A stretch of DNA of 24,000 bases from Escherichia coli. Lineage in GTDB: Bacteria; Pseudomonadota; Gammaproteobacteria; Enterobacterales; Enterobacteriaceae. This document shows positions 1-9,597 of the stretch, in pieces (the first letter of the stretch is position 1; each line of letters begins with the position of its first letter). The notes under the pieces were generated by a model. It made no database searches. It was not told the DNA's origin and was given only the letters and a program-made list of their open reading frames with translations. The stretch is taken from NCBI RefSeq assembly GCF_048568975.1, contig NZ_CP074785.1, one strand, 5' to 3'. A program made the translations under genes and the position numbers.

Positions 1-3000
1 ATTTCGCTGTTTGCCGTACCGCTGCTGTCCTTCTGTACCCACAGACTGTTGCCGGCCAGGATATCACCATGCTGGTTATGCAGACGGTCTGTAAACAGCT
101 TCAGGTTATTCCCCGCATAAATCAGCGCACTGTTCAGCAGGGTACCGGCCACATTCATTGTCAGACTGCCTGCCGTGCCGGTAAAACCACTGATGGTGAT
201 ATCACTCCGGCTGTTCAGACTCACATCGCCACCGGCCTGAAGTGAACCCGGTGCGTTAAGGAAAAGACGCTGTGCGCTGAAAACACTGTTGCCTTTACCG
301 GCAGTCAGCATTCCATTGTTGGTGAATGCCTCTCCGGCACCGAGCACCATGGCATCACCCTGCATCACACCGCCGTTGGTGATGGCATTTTGCGACGTGA
401 CGGAAAGGGTTTTCCCTGCGGCCAGGGTACCATGATTCGTGAGGGCAGCAATCAGTTTCAGTGTGACATCACCAGTGGCCACCACCTGCCCCTGACCACT
501 GAAGTCCTGAGCGTCAAGCAGCAGGTTGCCTGCACTGTACAGCCGCCCTGTACCATTTTGCAGCAGTGAACTGCCCTTGACGCCAAGCCCGGAGGTTCCC
601 AGCAGGGTACCGCTGTTGCTGAATGTGTGGTAATTCACCAGCAGGTCCGCACCCTGAAGCGTACCGGTATTATTCAGCGTGGTTCCTTTAACGTCGGCAC
701 TGCCGGTGGCAAGTACGCGTCCGCCGTTGACAGTATTCACCACATCCAGCAGCAGGGTGGCAGCCTGTACCAGTCCGCTGCCGGTGTTCGCCAGCACCTG
801 CGCCGTCAGCGTGAGGTTACTGCCGGAGAGGATTTTGCCGTCGTTCTGCAGACGGTCAGTGGCGTTCAGGGAAACCCCGCCACCGCCCTGTATCGTGCCC
901 TGGTTACTCAGGGTCGCAGTACTGACATTCAGTGCATTCCGGCTCATCAGAACACCACCGGAACGGTTGTTCACGCCACCGGAGGCTGTCAGCGTCAGCG
1001 TTTCGCCCTGCAGATGCCCGCCGTTTGTGAGTTGTCCTGCCGTGATGGTGGTGGCATTTCCCTGTAATTGCCCGTCGTTTGTGACACTGTCTGCCTTCAG
1101 CGTCAGCACACCTGCACTGAGCAGTTTTCCGCTCGCGTGATTGTTCAGCGTCTGATTCACCGTGAGCGTGAGAGCATCCACACCGGTGATGTCACCCGCA
1201 CTGGTCAGTGAGTTCGCTTTCAGAGTCAGATTTTTTGCAATCCATTGTCCGCTGTTGCTTAAATTCAGTGCACTGAGCGCCATTTCACCGTTCGAGGTGA
1301 CTTTGCTGCCCGCGGCGCTGACAAGCTCACCCGTCAGACGTGCAGTCAGGCTGTCAGCCGCCTGGATCGCCCCGCTGTTTGCCAGACTGTCTGCGGTGAT
1401 CAGCACCCGTTTGCCCTGCCAGTGTCCGGAACTGGTAATACTGCCTGCGGTGATTGTCAGATCGCCGCTGGTCAGCAGTGAACCTCCGTTATTCATCAGC
1501 GCAGGTTGAGGGGATACCATACGGGCGGCAAGCGTCAGCGCGGCGATCCCGGTGAACGTGCCACTGTTGGTGACACTGTTCTGGCGAATCGTGACATGGT
1601 CACCCTGGACAGTGCCGCGGTTATCCAGTGAATTTCCATCAAGAGAGAGCGTGCCGGCCGAAAGCAGACTGCCCCGGTTGTCCGTGGTGGCTGCGTTCAG
1701 CGTGGTGTCACCCTGGCTCATGATATCGCCGGTACTGGTCAACTGACCGGTTGCCGAAGCAGTAAGGTTACCGGTTGCCAGCACGGAGCCACTGTTCGCC
1801 CAGTTGTCCGCCTGCACGGTGAGATTCTGTCCCTGCGTGGTCCCTGCGGTATGCAGTGTTTTACCCCGGAGGGAGAGGTCGCCCGCCGTCAGCCAGCGTC
1901 CGTTACGGCCCTGTGAGAGGGTGTCGCCTGCAAGCGCCAGTGCACCGGCGCCCTGCAACAGACCATCACCATCCAGCGTGGTCGCCCTGACGTTCAGCGT
2001 GTCAGCGATGATTTTTCCCGGATTGCTGAGGGAGGCAGTGTTTAACGTTAAACCATTATCACCGGTGATAAGCCCGCTGTTGCGGATGTCCGGTATATCC
2101 AGCGTCAGGTCTGCAGCACTGTACAGCGTGCCGTTCTGCTGATTATCAAGCCTCTGTGTGTTAACGGTGAGTGAGGCCTTCCCCTGCAACAGACCGCTGT
2201 TGGTCAGGGTCTGTGACTGTGTATTCAGGGCGGAACCAACAAGTACGCCGCTGCTGGTCAGTTCCGGCGCACTGAGGCTGAGCGACGGGGCACTGCTTTT
2301 CCCGCTGTGGGTGAGCTTTTCACTGGCGTTCAGGGTGAGGATGTCTCTGGCAGCCTGTGTTCCGTCAAGCTGTGCGTTCTGCACATCCACGCTGACACTG
2401 TTGCCCTGCGTCTGCGCAGTGGCCGTGGTCTTCAGACTGTTGCCTTTTACAGACACCGTGCTGCCCGCACTGGTTTCACCCGCCAGCGTGGAAGACGCGC
2501 TGTTCAGCATGAGGTTACCGTCACTGTGCGTGACTGATTTTTCTGTGGTGGTCAGTGTGTCTGCAGAAGCCACAAGTTCCTTTGCCCCGGAGAGGGTACC
2601 GCTGTTGTTTATCTGCGTGGCACTGAGCGTCAGCACGTCATCGCTGACGAGTCTGCCGCGGTTTTCAAGTGTACCGCTGACGGTAACGCGGGCACTGTCT
2701 TTTGCACCGGCATCACCGGACAGTGTGGCATTGCGGGCGCTGATATCGAGTGTGCTGCCACTTTTAATACTGCCGGTGCTGGTCAGGTCAGTGGCGGTGA
2801 CTTTCAGGCCATTCCCCTGGACGGTACCGGTATTACTGAATGTCCCGGTTTTCACCGTGGCATCGCGCCCGGCAACCAGTGTCCCGCCGTTGTTCAGGCT
2901 GCCGGAACTGACAGTGAGTGTTTTCCCGGCAATGCTGCGGCCTTTCAGTGTGGTATCATCGGTGGTGGTAAGGGTGACATTTTCAGCTGCATTCACGGTC

Positions 3001-4112
3001 CCGGAAGTCTGGTTCAGGTGCTGTGCACTGAGCATGGCGTTCTGTCCGGCAGTCAGTTCACCACCGTTCTGTACAATCTGCCCGGATGAAGACAGCACCA
3101 GATTTTTATCCGTCACCAGACGGGACTGATTCAGTGTCAGTCCCGTTGTCCCGGTAACGCTGAGATTTCCTCCGGCTTTATTATCCCCTGAAAGTGAGAC
3201 ATCCGTTCCGGTTACGGTGGTATTGCCGCCGGCAAGGCTGTTCTTCAGGACCAGTTTCCCGGCACTGTTCAGTATGATATCGCCCTCGCGGGCATAAAGG
3301 TTACCAAGATTAACCCCGACACCACTTTCAGTGGAGGTCAGATGAATACGCCTGGCGTACATTCCACCGAGCGCGCCGGTATCAACGGCAACTTTCGGCA
3401 CATCACCTTCGCCCTTCAGTGCACTGACACGACCATCTGCAGTTATCCGGTTAGCGCCTGCAGTGACAGTTAAATCCTTCGCATGAAGCGCGGCATTCAC
3501 TTCCGTTGCACGGGCAATAATGGATACGGCATCGCTCCGGGTGCCGTCCAGGCCCGCGCCATTGATGGTGATACTGCCTTCAGTCACCTCCAGCGCCTGC
3601 AGGCTGCCGTCGGCATTCATCACAGGTCTGCCCGTGGTGAGCGTCGCGTGCGGCGTGTTGATAAAACCACAGCCGTCACAGGTGATACCATACGGGTTGG
3701 CAACCATCACATTCGCCGCTTTGCCGGCCACTTCCGTATAGCCCTGCAGCAGTGAACGGTTACCGCCGGTCACTTCGTTGATGATACCCTTCGCTTCCCC
3801 GCCCGCTTTCAGGTTCGGGTTATTCTGTATCAGTCCACCAAGCTGCGTCGGATTAAGCTTACCGGTGGCATTATTGAGAATCAGCCCTTCCTTCCCGACG
3901 TTGTAATCCGTAAACCGGTTATGCGAAATCCCGGCCCCGTTCGGCGTGGCAATGTTCACGACCGGCACACCATTTGCCGCTTTATCCATTCCGGCCCCGT
4001 TTTGTGGGGTGATGACGGCCCCCACAGCCGGTAACAACGGCTGCCCGGCGATAATCGCACTGACCAGGTAACTCAGCAGGCGGTAAGTGAAGTGAACGGG
4101 AGGCTGATTCAT
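1..4112 (-). CDS. cdiA: CdiA-type filamentous hemagglutinin / TpsA exoprotein; 5' portion only, continues beyond the left window edge
   Basis: Minus-strand translation from ATG at 4112 reads [93 protein letters not shown]...[24 protein letters not shown], the E. coli CdiA TPS domain. The frame is still open at 1-60 ([19 protein letters not shown]). The track lists no closed minus-strand ORF here, as expected for an ORF running off the window. It starts 12 bp after the cdiB stop. Confidence 0.93.
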
Positions 4113-4124
4113 GGTAATAATCCC

Positions 4125-5891
4125 TTAAAACGCGACGGCAACGCGCCAGTAAACCGTGAGATGGTCAGGGGCAAGCCAGTCCGGGTAAACCAGAGGCAGC
4201 CCGGCAGTGAACGAACCGGAAACATAGTCACTGGTGGTGCTGAGCCCGGCAGCACCACCCCACAGCGTGCCGGACGAGTACGGGTCATCTCTGTCAGAGT
4301 GCAGCCAGCCGCCGTCCAGTGCAGCCACTGCACGGACAGTTCCCACATATGGCAGGGAGAACAGAGACCAGGACAGCTCATTTCGCAGATAACCGCCGTT
4401 ATTACCGGAGATATACTGCTCCTTAAAGCCACGCACTGAACTCTCACCCCCGAGGCTCAGTTGTTCCACACCATGAAGACGGTCCGGTGACCACTGGGCA
4501 TAAGCGCTGGTCAGCCACCACACCCTGTCCGTGACGGGGCGCTGAAAACTGGCACTCACCGACCATTTCCGGAACTGATTTACGGGCAGGTCTCCCCTTT
4601 TCCCGTGGTCGCTTTCTGCGCCGAACCAGGGCATCCCCCGTGTGAATACCGGATTCAGTGTTCCGACACCCCCCAGAAACTTGTGTGTGTGATTCAGCCC
4701 GACAGAAAATGAAGTGAGTTTACGGCTGCTGCCCTGAAGCAGAACATCATCCAGATAATTGTGAATAATGCGGTGCTGCAGACCTCCGGTCAGTGCTGTC
4801 TTCATGTCCCCGTTACGGAACAGGACATGCGACAGTCCCAGCCGGTGAGTCTGCAGGTCTCCCGTGGAACGCCACCGCCAGCCCCGGTTATCAATGGTGC
4901 TGAGGTAGTCACTCCATGAATACGTATAATCCACCAGGGTATAGCCATACGGCAGACTGACACCGGCGGCAAAATTCCTCGCATCATGTGACACCGAAAA
5001 GTCACTGCTCCGTCCCCCGCTGACAAACCAGTTGTCAGCCAGCCCCAGCGGATTATTAAAGGAAAGGACACCATTTAACTGCCCCGTACCGGTATTCTTC
5101 TGCCCGCTGTTGTCGATACCCACGCTCCCTGTGACGGGCCATTCCGGCAATGCCGTCAGTGTCACCACCGACCATCCCTCACGGTCACCGGGCGATATTT
5201 CAATCTGTACCGGCTCCGTACGCAGACGATTAATCTGCTCCATCCCCTGCTCAATATCCCGCAGGTTCAGAACCTTCCCCTCCATTCCCGGGAAAACCAT
5301 CTTCAGGGTGCGGGCAGGAAGGTCAGCGCCTTCCGCCCGGATTTGCTGCAGCCTGCCTTCCATGACCGTTATGTGCAGTATGCCCCCTGAAAGGTCCTGC
5401 TCTGTCAGAAAGGCCCGGCTGGTGATATATCCCCGGCGTATATAGCCGTCCGTCACGGCATCCGTGACCGCAGTCAGGCCGGTGATATTCAGACACTGAT
5501 TCACCCACGGTGCCACCAGTCTGTCGGTTTCTGCAGACGTCAGTCGGGTGGCCCCACTGACAACAATGCGTGACACCGTAAAGCAGGGGCCTTCAGTACC
5601 GGCAGACGTTTCCGGAGACGGCGTGATGGTCAGCGGCGCACTGCGCTCCAGCGCATCACGCTGACGCTGGTTTTCATCCAGCAACTGCTGCTGTTGCTGC
5701 TGAATTGCACTGCGGTCACCCGGAGACAGCATGGCTGCCGGAGACGAAAATGCGGGGATGAAAAAAACAGAAAAAACGGAGAGATAACATACCAACGGAG
5801 ATACGCACCGGAATACAAAATAACAGGAAATGGACAGAGTATGGGGTAAACGAGAGGCTTTCGTCAGAATGTTTTCCTGCCGGTACTGCAT
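4125..5891 (-). CDS. cdiB: CdiB-type outer membrane transporter (ShlB/FhaC/HecB, TpsB family)
   Basis: 588 aa with an N-terminal hydrophobic export segment, POTRA-like region (CFTVSRIVVSGATRL...), VRGF motif (SLGGESSVRGFKEQ) and C-terminal aromatic residue (WRVAVAF). Strong RBS (GAGGAG) before ATG 5891. Located directly upstream of cdiA. Confidence 0.93.
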   Translation of the reverse strand: MQYRQENILTKASRLPHTLSISCYFVFRCVSPLVCYLSVFSVFFIPAFSSPAAMLSPGDRSAIQQQQQQLLDENQRQRDALERSAPLTITPSPETSAGTEGPCFTVSRIVVSGATRLTSAETDRLVAPWVNQCLNITGLTAVTDAVTDGYIRRGYITSRAFLTEQDLSGGILHITVMEGRLQQIRAEGADLPARTLKMVFPGMEGKVLNLRDIEQGMEQINRLRTEPVQIEISPGDREGWSVVTLTALPEWPVTGSVGIDNSGQKNTGTGQLNGVLSFNNPLGLADNWFVSGGRSSDFSVSHDARNFAAGVSLPYGYTLVDYTYSWSDYLSTIDNRGWRWRSTGDLQTHRLGLSHVLFRNGDMKTALTGGLQHRIIHNYLDDVLLQGSSRKLTSFSVGLNHTHKFLGGVGTLNPVFTRGMPWFGAESDHGKRGDLPVNQFRKWSVSASFQRPVTDRVWWLTSAYAQWSPDRLHGVEQLSLGGESSVRGFKEQYISGNNGGYLRNELSWSLFSLPYVGTVRAVAALDGGWLHSDRDDPYSSGTLWGGAAGLSTTSDYVSGSFTAGLPLVYPDWLAPDHLTVYWRVAVAF

Positions 5892-6351
5892 GTTCTCCTC
5901 GTGAGGTATTCAGTGTAAATTAACGTAAGCGGAATGTCAGTGCTGAAATTTACACCAGATAAAAAACATACTGAAACAATCCTGTAGTGTAAAATCCGGG
6001 AAAATGTCAGAAATGTGATCGGAGTTGTGGTTTATGGAGGGGGAAGGAAAAACAGAGGTCCTTGTATGCCGTGTTCAGCGCAGCCCAAGAGATGTTTATA
6101 TAGTTTATATAAAAGCTGTCCCACAATTTGCGGGTAACTGCCTCTGCCAGCCAGCTTCGGTTATCCTCTTGTCCAGTAAGCCTGCCTCTGACAACGCTGA
6201 CAAAAGTTATATGAAATTGTTAATACTTACCATAATAACAGATAGTGATTAACTGGATATAATCACAGTATGGTGATATTATTTATAACACGTTATGGCG
6301 TAACCCAGAGTAGAATGATTCAAATTTTTGTATCTCATACAAGGAAGATTA

Positions 6352-7281
6352 ATGGCTCAATATCGGTTAGAACGTCTAGCTCCTGTAGCCAGTGATCTTG
6401 AGCAACTCGGGACGAAAGAAAAATTCTGGTTTTCTATGGATACGGAACCTAAATTGTGGCTTTTCAAGTTCTCAAGGGCTGGGACAGGCGAACATTGGTC
6501 TGAAAAATGTGCGGCTGAGCTTTGCCATCTACTGGGAATCCCTCATGCAGAATACGAATTAGCTCTAATTGATGGGCGTTACGGTGTGATTTCACCTAAT
6601 ATGATCCCTCCCGGATACCGCATGGTTATGGGAAACGAGGTTCTTCACACTACCACAATGGGTTATCCCCAGCCATTACCGCCTGGTCAAAGTGCCGTGA
6701 GGGTTAAGGAACATACTGTTACTCGTGTATTAGGATGTCTTGATAATGATCACGAGAAAATCCATCCACCTGTAAGTGGCTATGATTTAAAAGATTTAAA
6801 CGCAGGAGATGTTTTTTGCGGTTACTTGCTGCTTGATGCATTAATCAGCAATCAAGATCGTCATCATGAAAATTGGGCAATTATGCTAAACAATGAAACT
6901 GGTGAAAGAATGTTGTGCCCAACATATGATCATGCTGCCAGCCTTGGCCGTGAAATGCGAGATGTTGAAAAGGCTGAACGTCTTACAACTAAAGATCGTA
7001 ATCGGCAAATCCCTGCTTTTGTGAAAAGAGCACGTTCAGAGCTCTTTAAACTTAAAACAGACAAGAAACCTCTGTTAACAGTTGAAGCGTTCAGACATGC
7101 TATAGAAAACAGACCAAGAGCAAAAGAGTATTGGTTCGGTCGATTAAACACGTTAACTCACGAGGATATTGTTGGCGTATTCAATAACGTACCAGCGGAT
7201 TGCATTAGTGAAGTGTCTCGAACTTTTGCGATTGAAATGGTTTTAGAAAACAGAAGAAGGTTGCTTGAAGATGAATCGTAA
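6352..7281 (+). CDS. HipA-like serine/threonine kinase (HipA C-terminal kinase-core only)
   Basis: The track start (TTG, 6328) is probably too long; ATG 6352 has AAGGAAG upstream. Translation contains WLFKF...EKCAAELC, catalytic-loop-like NQDRHHENW and metal-binding-like CPTYDHAASLG, matching the HipA/CtkA kinase core. Confidence 0.8.
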   Translation: MAQYRLERLAPVASDLEQLGTKEKFWFSMDTEPKLWLFKFSRAGTGEHWSEKCAAELCHLLGIPHAEYELALIDGRYGVISPNMIPPGYRMVMGNEVLHTTTMGYPQPLPPGQSAVRVKEHTVTRVLGCLDNDHEKIHPPVSGYDLKDLNAGDVFCGYLLLDALISNQDRHHENWAIMLNNETGERMLCPTYDHAASLGREMRDVEKAERLTTKDRNRQIPAFVKRARSELFKLKTDKKPLLTVEAFRHAIENRPRAKEYWFGRLNTLTHEDIVGVFNNVPADCISEVSRTFAIEMVLENRRRLLEDES

Positions 7282-8011
7282 TGACTCCGTATATGTTGCA
7301 TGGCAGGCTCCAGATACCCATGACTGGCATGTCGTGGGGAATTTACAGGCACGTAATGCTGAATATGTCTTCAACTATACTAAAGGTGCTTTAACTTCTC
7401 CAAAATTCATCAAGTTTAGTGGTATGAATGATTTTAACGAAACTTATGTTTCTGAGGAATTATTCCCATTATTCAAAAACAGGCTTCTGTCGCCAAAACG
7501 ACCTGAGTATCCAAAATTCATTCATTGGCTAGGATTGGATGGAACAGAGGCGGAACCAATTGAGATCCTTGCTCGCTCTGGCGGTATGCGTAGCACTGAC
7601 CAATTGCAAATGTTTAAGCGCATCGAAATTGATAGTGACGGATATTTTGAACATTTCTTTTTTGCGCACGGATTAAGCTATATGCCCCATTCCGCTAATG
7701 AACGCGTATCTCACCTGAATCCGGGAGATAAACTGTTCCTGTGCCCGGATGTGCAGAATGACTATGATAAAGCTGCTGTGCTCATTCGAACAGATAGCCC
7801 ACCAGAAATTGTAGGGTACTGTCCTCGTTATTTTGCCAGTGATATCAAGAGAATGCTTCTTGATAACGATGATTCTATTAGTTTAAGTGTCGAACGTATC
7901 AGTGCCGATGCCCCTCATAATTACAGGCTTCTTTGTAAAGCAACCGGGAAAGTGTCGAAAACTTTCATTGATCAGATGATTCTCCAGGAAGAATTCCAAC
8001 CAGTTGTGTAA
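7271..8011 (+). CDS. HIRAN-domain-like protein with an N-terminal region resembling the HipA N1/HipS module
   Basis: ATG 7271 overlaps the kinase ORF by 11 bp. C-terminal half (VSHLNPGDKLFLCPDVQNDYDKAAVLIRTDSPPEIVGYCPRYFASDIKRML) fits the HIRAN pattern G..L.L..D..N.YD..A......IGY.PR. N-terminal VYVAW...HVVGNLQ...YVFNY...LARSGGMRSTDQLQMF resembles HipA N1. Confidence 0.7.
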   Translation: MNRNDSVYVAWQAPDTHDWHVVGNLQARNAEYVFNYTKGALTSPKFIKFSGMNDFNETYVSEELFPLFKNRLLSPKRPEYPKFIHWLGLDGTEAEPIEILARSGGMRSTDQLQMFKRIEIDSDGYFEHFFFAHGLSYMPHSANERVSHLNPGDKLFLCPDVQNDYDKAAVLIRTDSPPEIVGYCPRYFASDIKRMLLDNDDSISLSVERISADAPHNYRLLCKATGKVSKTFIDQMILQEEFQPVV

Positions 8012-8015
8012 ATGT

Positions 8016-8041
8016 AAAGCCTGGAGGATTATTCAGGCTTT
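8016..8041 (+). terminator. possible hairpin downstream of the kinase/HIRAN operon
   Basis: AAAGCCTG-(10 nt)-CAGGCTTT perfect 8-bp inverted repeat 5 bp after the stop codon. No strong T-tract follows, so terminator function is uncertain. Confidence 0.4.
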
Positions 8042-8102
8042 CAACAACTCAGTCCGGTGTACCCGTATAAGTGCGTCTGGCGATCACTGCCGCTGCGGTA
8101 AC

Positions 8103-8297
8103 TTACCAGAAGCCGTAACGCGCACAAAGCACACCAGTATCATAGCAGGGTAATACCGAAGCGGCCTCTTCCTGCTCCTCTCTGAGGTTTCCCGTGAAAA
8201 CCACATTACATTCCGTACCAACAAATCGTTTATCGATTATTTCTTCAGCAATATTGGTAAGCGTCAACGGGGCACCGTATTGACGCTTATTTATTGG
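8103..8297 (-). pseudogene. decayed fragment resembling the helicase part of a TOTE-type primase-helicase
   Basis: Minus-strand frame reads PINKRQYGAPLTLTNIAEEIIDKRFVGTECNVVFTGNLREEQEEAASVLPCYDTGVLCARYGFW*. This resembles G.LR.EQ.EA...L...DTGVL.A...FGKT of SF2 helicases but stops where Walker A should be completed. Confidence 0.45.
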
Positions 8298-8445
8298 TGA
8301 GTACTACGTTCCATGGCAAGAGTTCGTCAAACACGGTTGGAGGGCCATTCTGTCAACGACGGATGAAAAGTGGCTCTTCCGCAACCTGGGTGGAAGAAAA
8401 TGGATGAAACTTTCTGGTGAACAAGGATCTAAGCTGTTTTAAGTT

Positions 8446-9225
8446 ATGGGCAACGTAATGCACTCTCTTAAGACACTTCTACAGTTACCTTGCGGATGGC
8501 GATGCAGCCGACAAATTATTAGCTCTGACGGTATAACCCTCCATCTCCGCGGAAAACGCAAAACAGCACAATGCCCTGAATGCCTTAAATGCAGCGACTC
8601 TGTTCATAGTTGTCGTCAGCGCCGGATACAGCATTTACCCTGCTCAGGGCAGACACTATGGCTTGTATTTTCCGTCCGCCACAGGTACTGCCGTAACCCT
8701 GCTTGTTCACGAAAAATTTTTGCCGGGTCGCTTGCCCCCTTCGCCGGTTCACACCAGCAGTCTTCACAGGCGTTACAAAATTTACAACGTTAACTGGGAT
8801 TAATAGCCGGAAGTGAGGCCGGGAAACGGGTGGTAACGGCAGTGGGTCTCCGTTGTAGTGCAGATACTCTTCTTCGCAGGGTTATCAATACCCCAGAGAC
8901 GAAACTGTCAGGCTCATCCCATGTCGGTATTGATGAGTGGGCGTGGCATCGGGGCCACCGTTACGGTACGTTAATAGTCAATCTTGATACTCACCGTCCC
9001 CTCGTCCTGTTTCCCGACCGCGATCAGCGTACGCTGGCGACCTGGTTCAGAAAATATCCGGAAATACAGGTTGTCTCGCGTGATCGCAATGGAGTCTATG
9101 CGACAGCAGCACGTGAAGGTGCACCTCAGGCCAGACAGGTGGTCGATCGATGGCACCTGCTAAAAAATATTGGCGATGCGCTTGAACGAATGAGCTACTC
9201 TCGGGTACCACAATTTCACCGATAA
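8446..9225 (+). pseudogene. ISL3-family transposase, frameshifted and C-terminally truncated
   Basis: Two ORFs: 8446..8793 (N-terminal zinc-finger type CPECLKCSDSVHSCRQRRIQHLPCSGQ...RHRYCRNPACSRKIF) and 8830..9225 (SHVGIDEWAWHRGHRYGTLIVNLDTHRPLVLFPDR...VVSRDRNGVYATAAREGAPQARQVVDRWHLLKNIGDAL). Order and content match one ISL3 transposase; the C-terminal catalytic portion is missing. Confidence 0.8.
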
Positions 9226-9597
9226 TACTGCAACCTCGAAAGGAAGTAATCTGGCGCGGGGACAAACTTATCAAGGTTCACAGTTTTAGCAGTTTTCTAA
9301 GCGTCCAGCATACTCTTAGCTTTCCCCAGCCATAAGCATTCATCATTTCGGCGGGAGACCCTTATCGTTGTAACCTCTTTATCCCGGGCCGTCACTTTCG
9401 AAGAGGGAACAAGATGTATGTACTTTCCCCTCATACACTATGGCATTATTTATTGTGATACGTTACTGAGCCATCCGCAAAAGCACTTACCTAAACGCAA
9501 ACTAACCGCAGGTCAGTCTTTTGCTGACCTTGCGTGGAAACAGTACCACGTCACAGACACTGCGCAGCATCGGCTGCATTTACGGAGATTTGTGAAT

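Noticed and set aside
627-3129. Many plus-strand ORFs (e.g. 2158..3129, 323 aa; 1804..2142; 1162..1509)
   Set aside because: They are antisense shadows of the highly expressed-type codon pattern of cdiA; low-complexity V/S/P-rich peptides with no family resemblance.
627-3200. Recurrent short similar segments in cdiA considered as a DNA repeat array
   Set aside because: They reflect the degenerate beta-helix repeats of the filamentous hemagglutinin, not an independent DNA repeat system.
3483-5508. ORFs 3483..3755, 3520..3741, 4092..4439, 5032..5445 on the plus strand and 4109..4447, 4802..5074, 5323..5508 on the minus strand
   Set aside because: All lie in the wrong frame inside or across cdiA/cdiB, which are convincing genes by homology and RBS.
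6025-6252. 75-aa ORF upstream of the HipA-like kinase
   Set aside because: No recognisable HTH or antitoxin features, poor start context; considered as a missing HipB but not supported.
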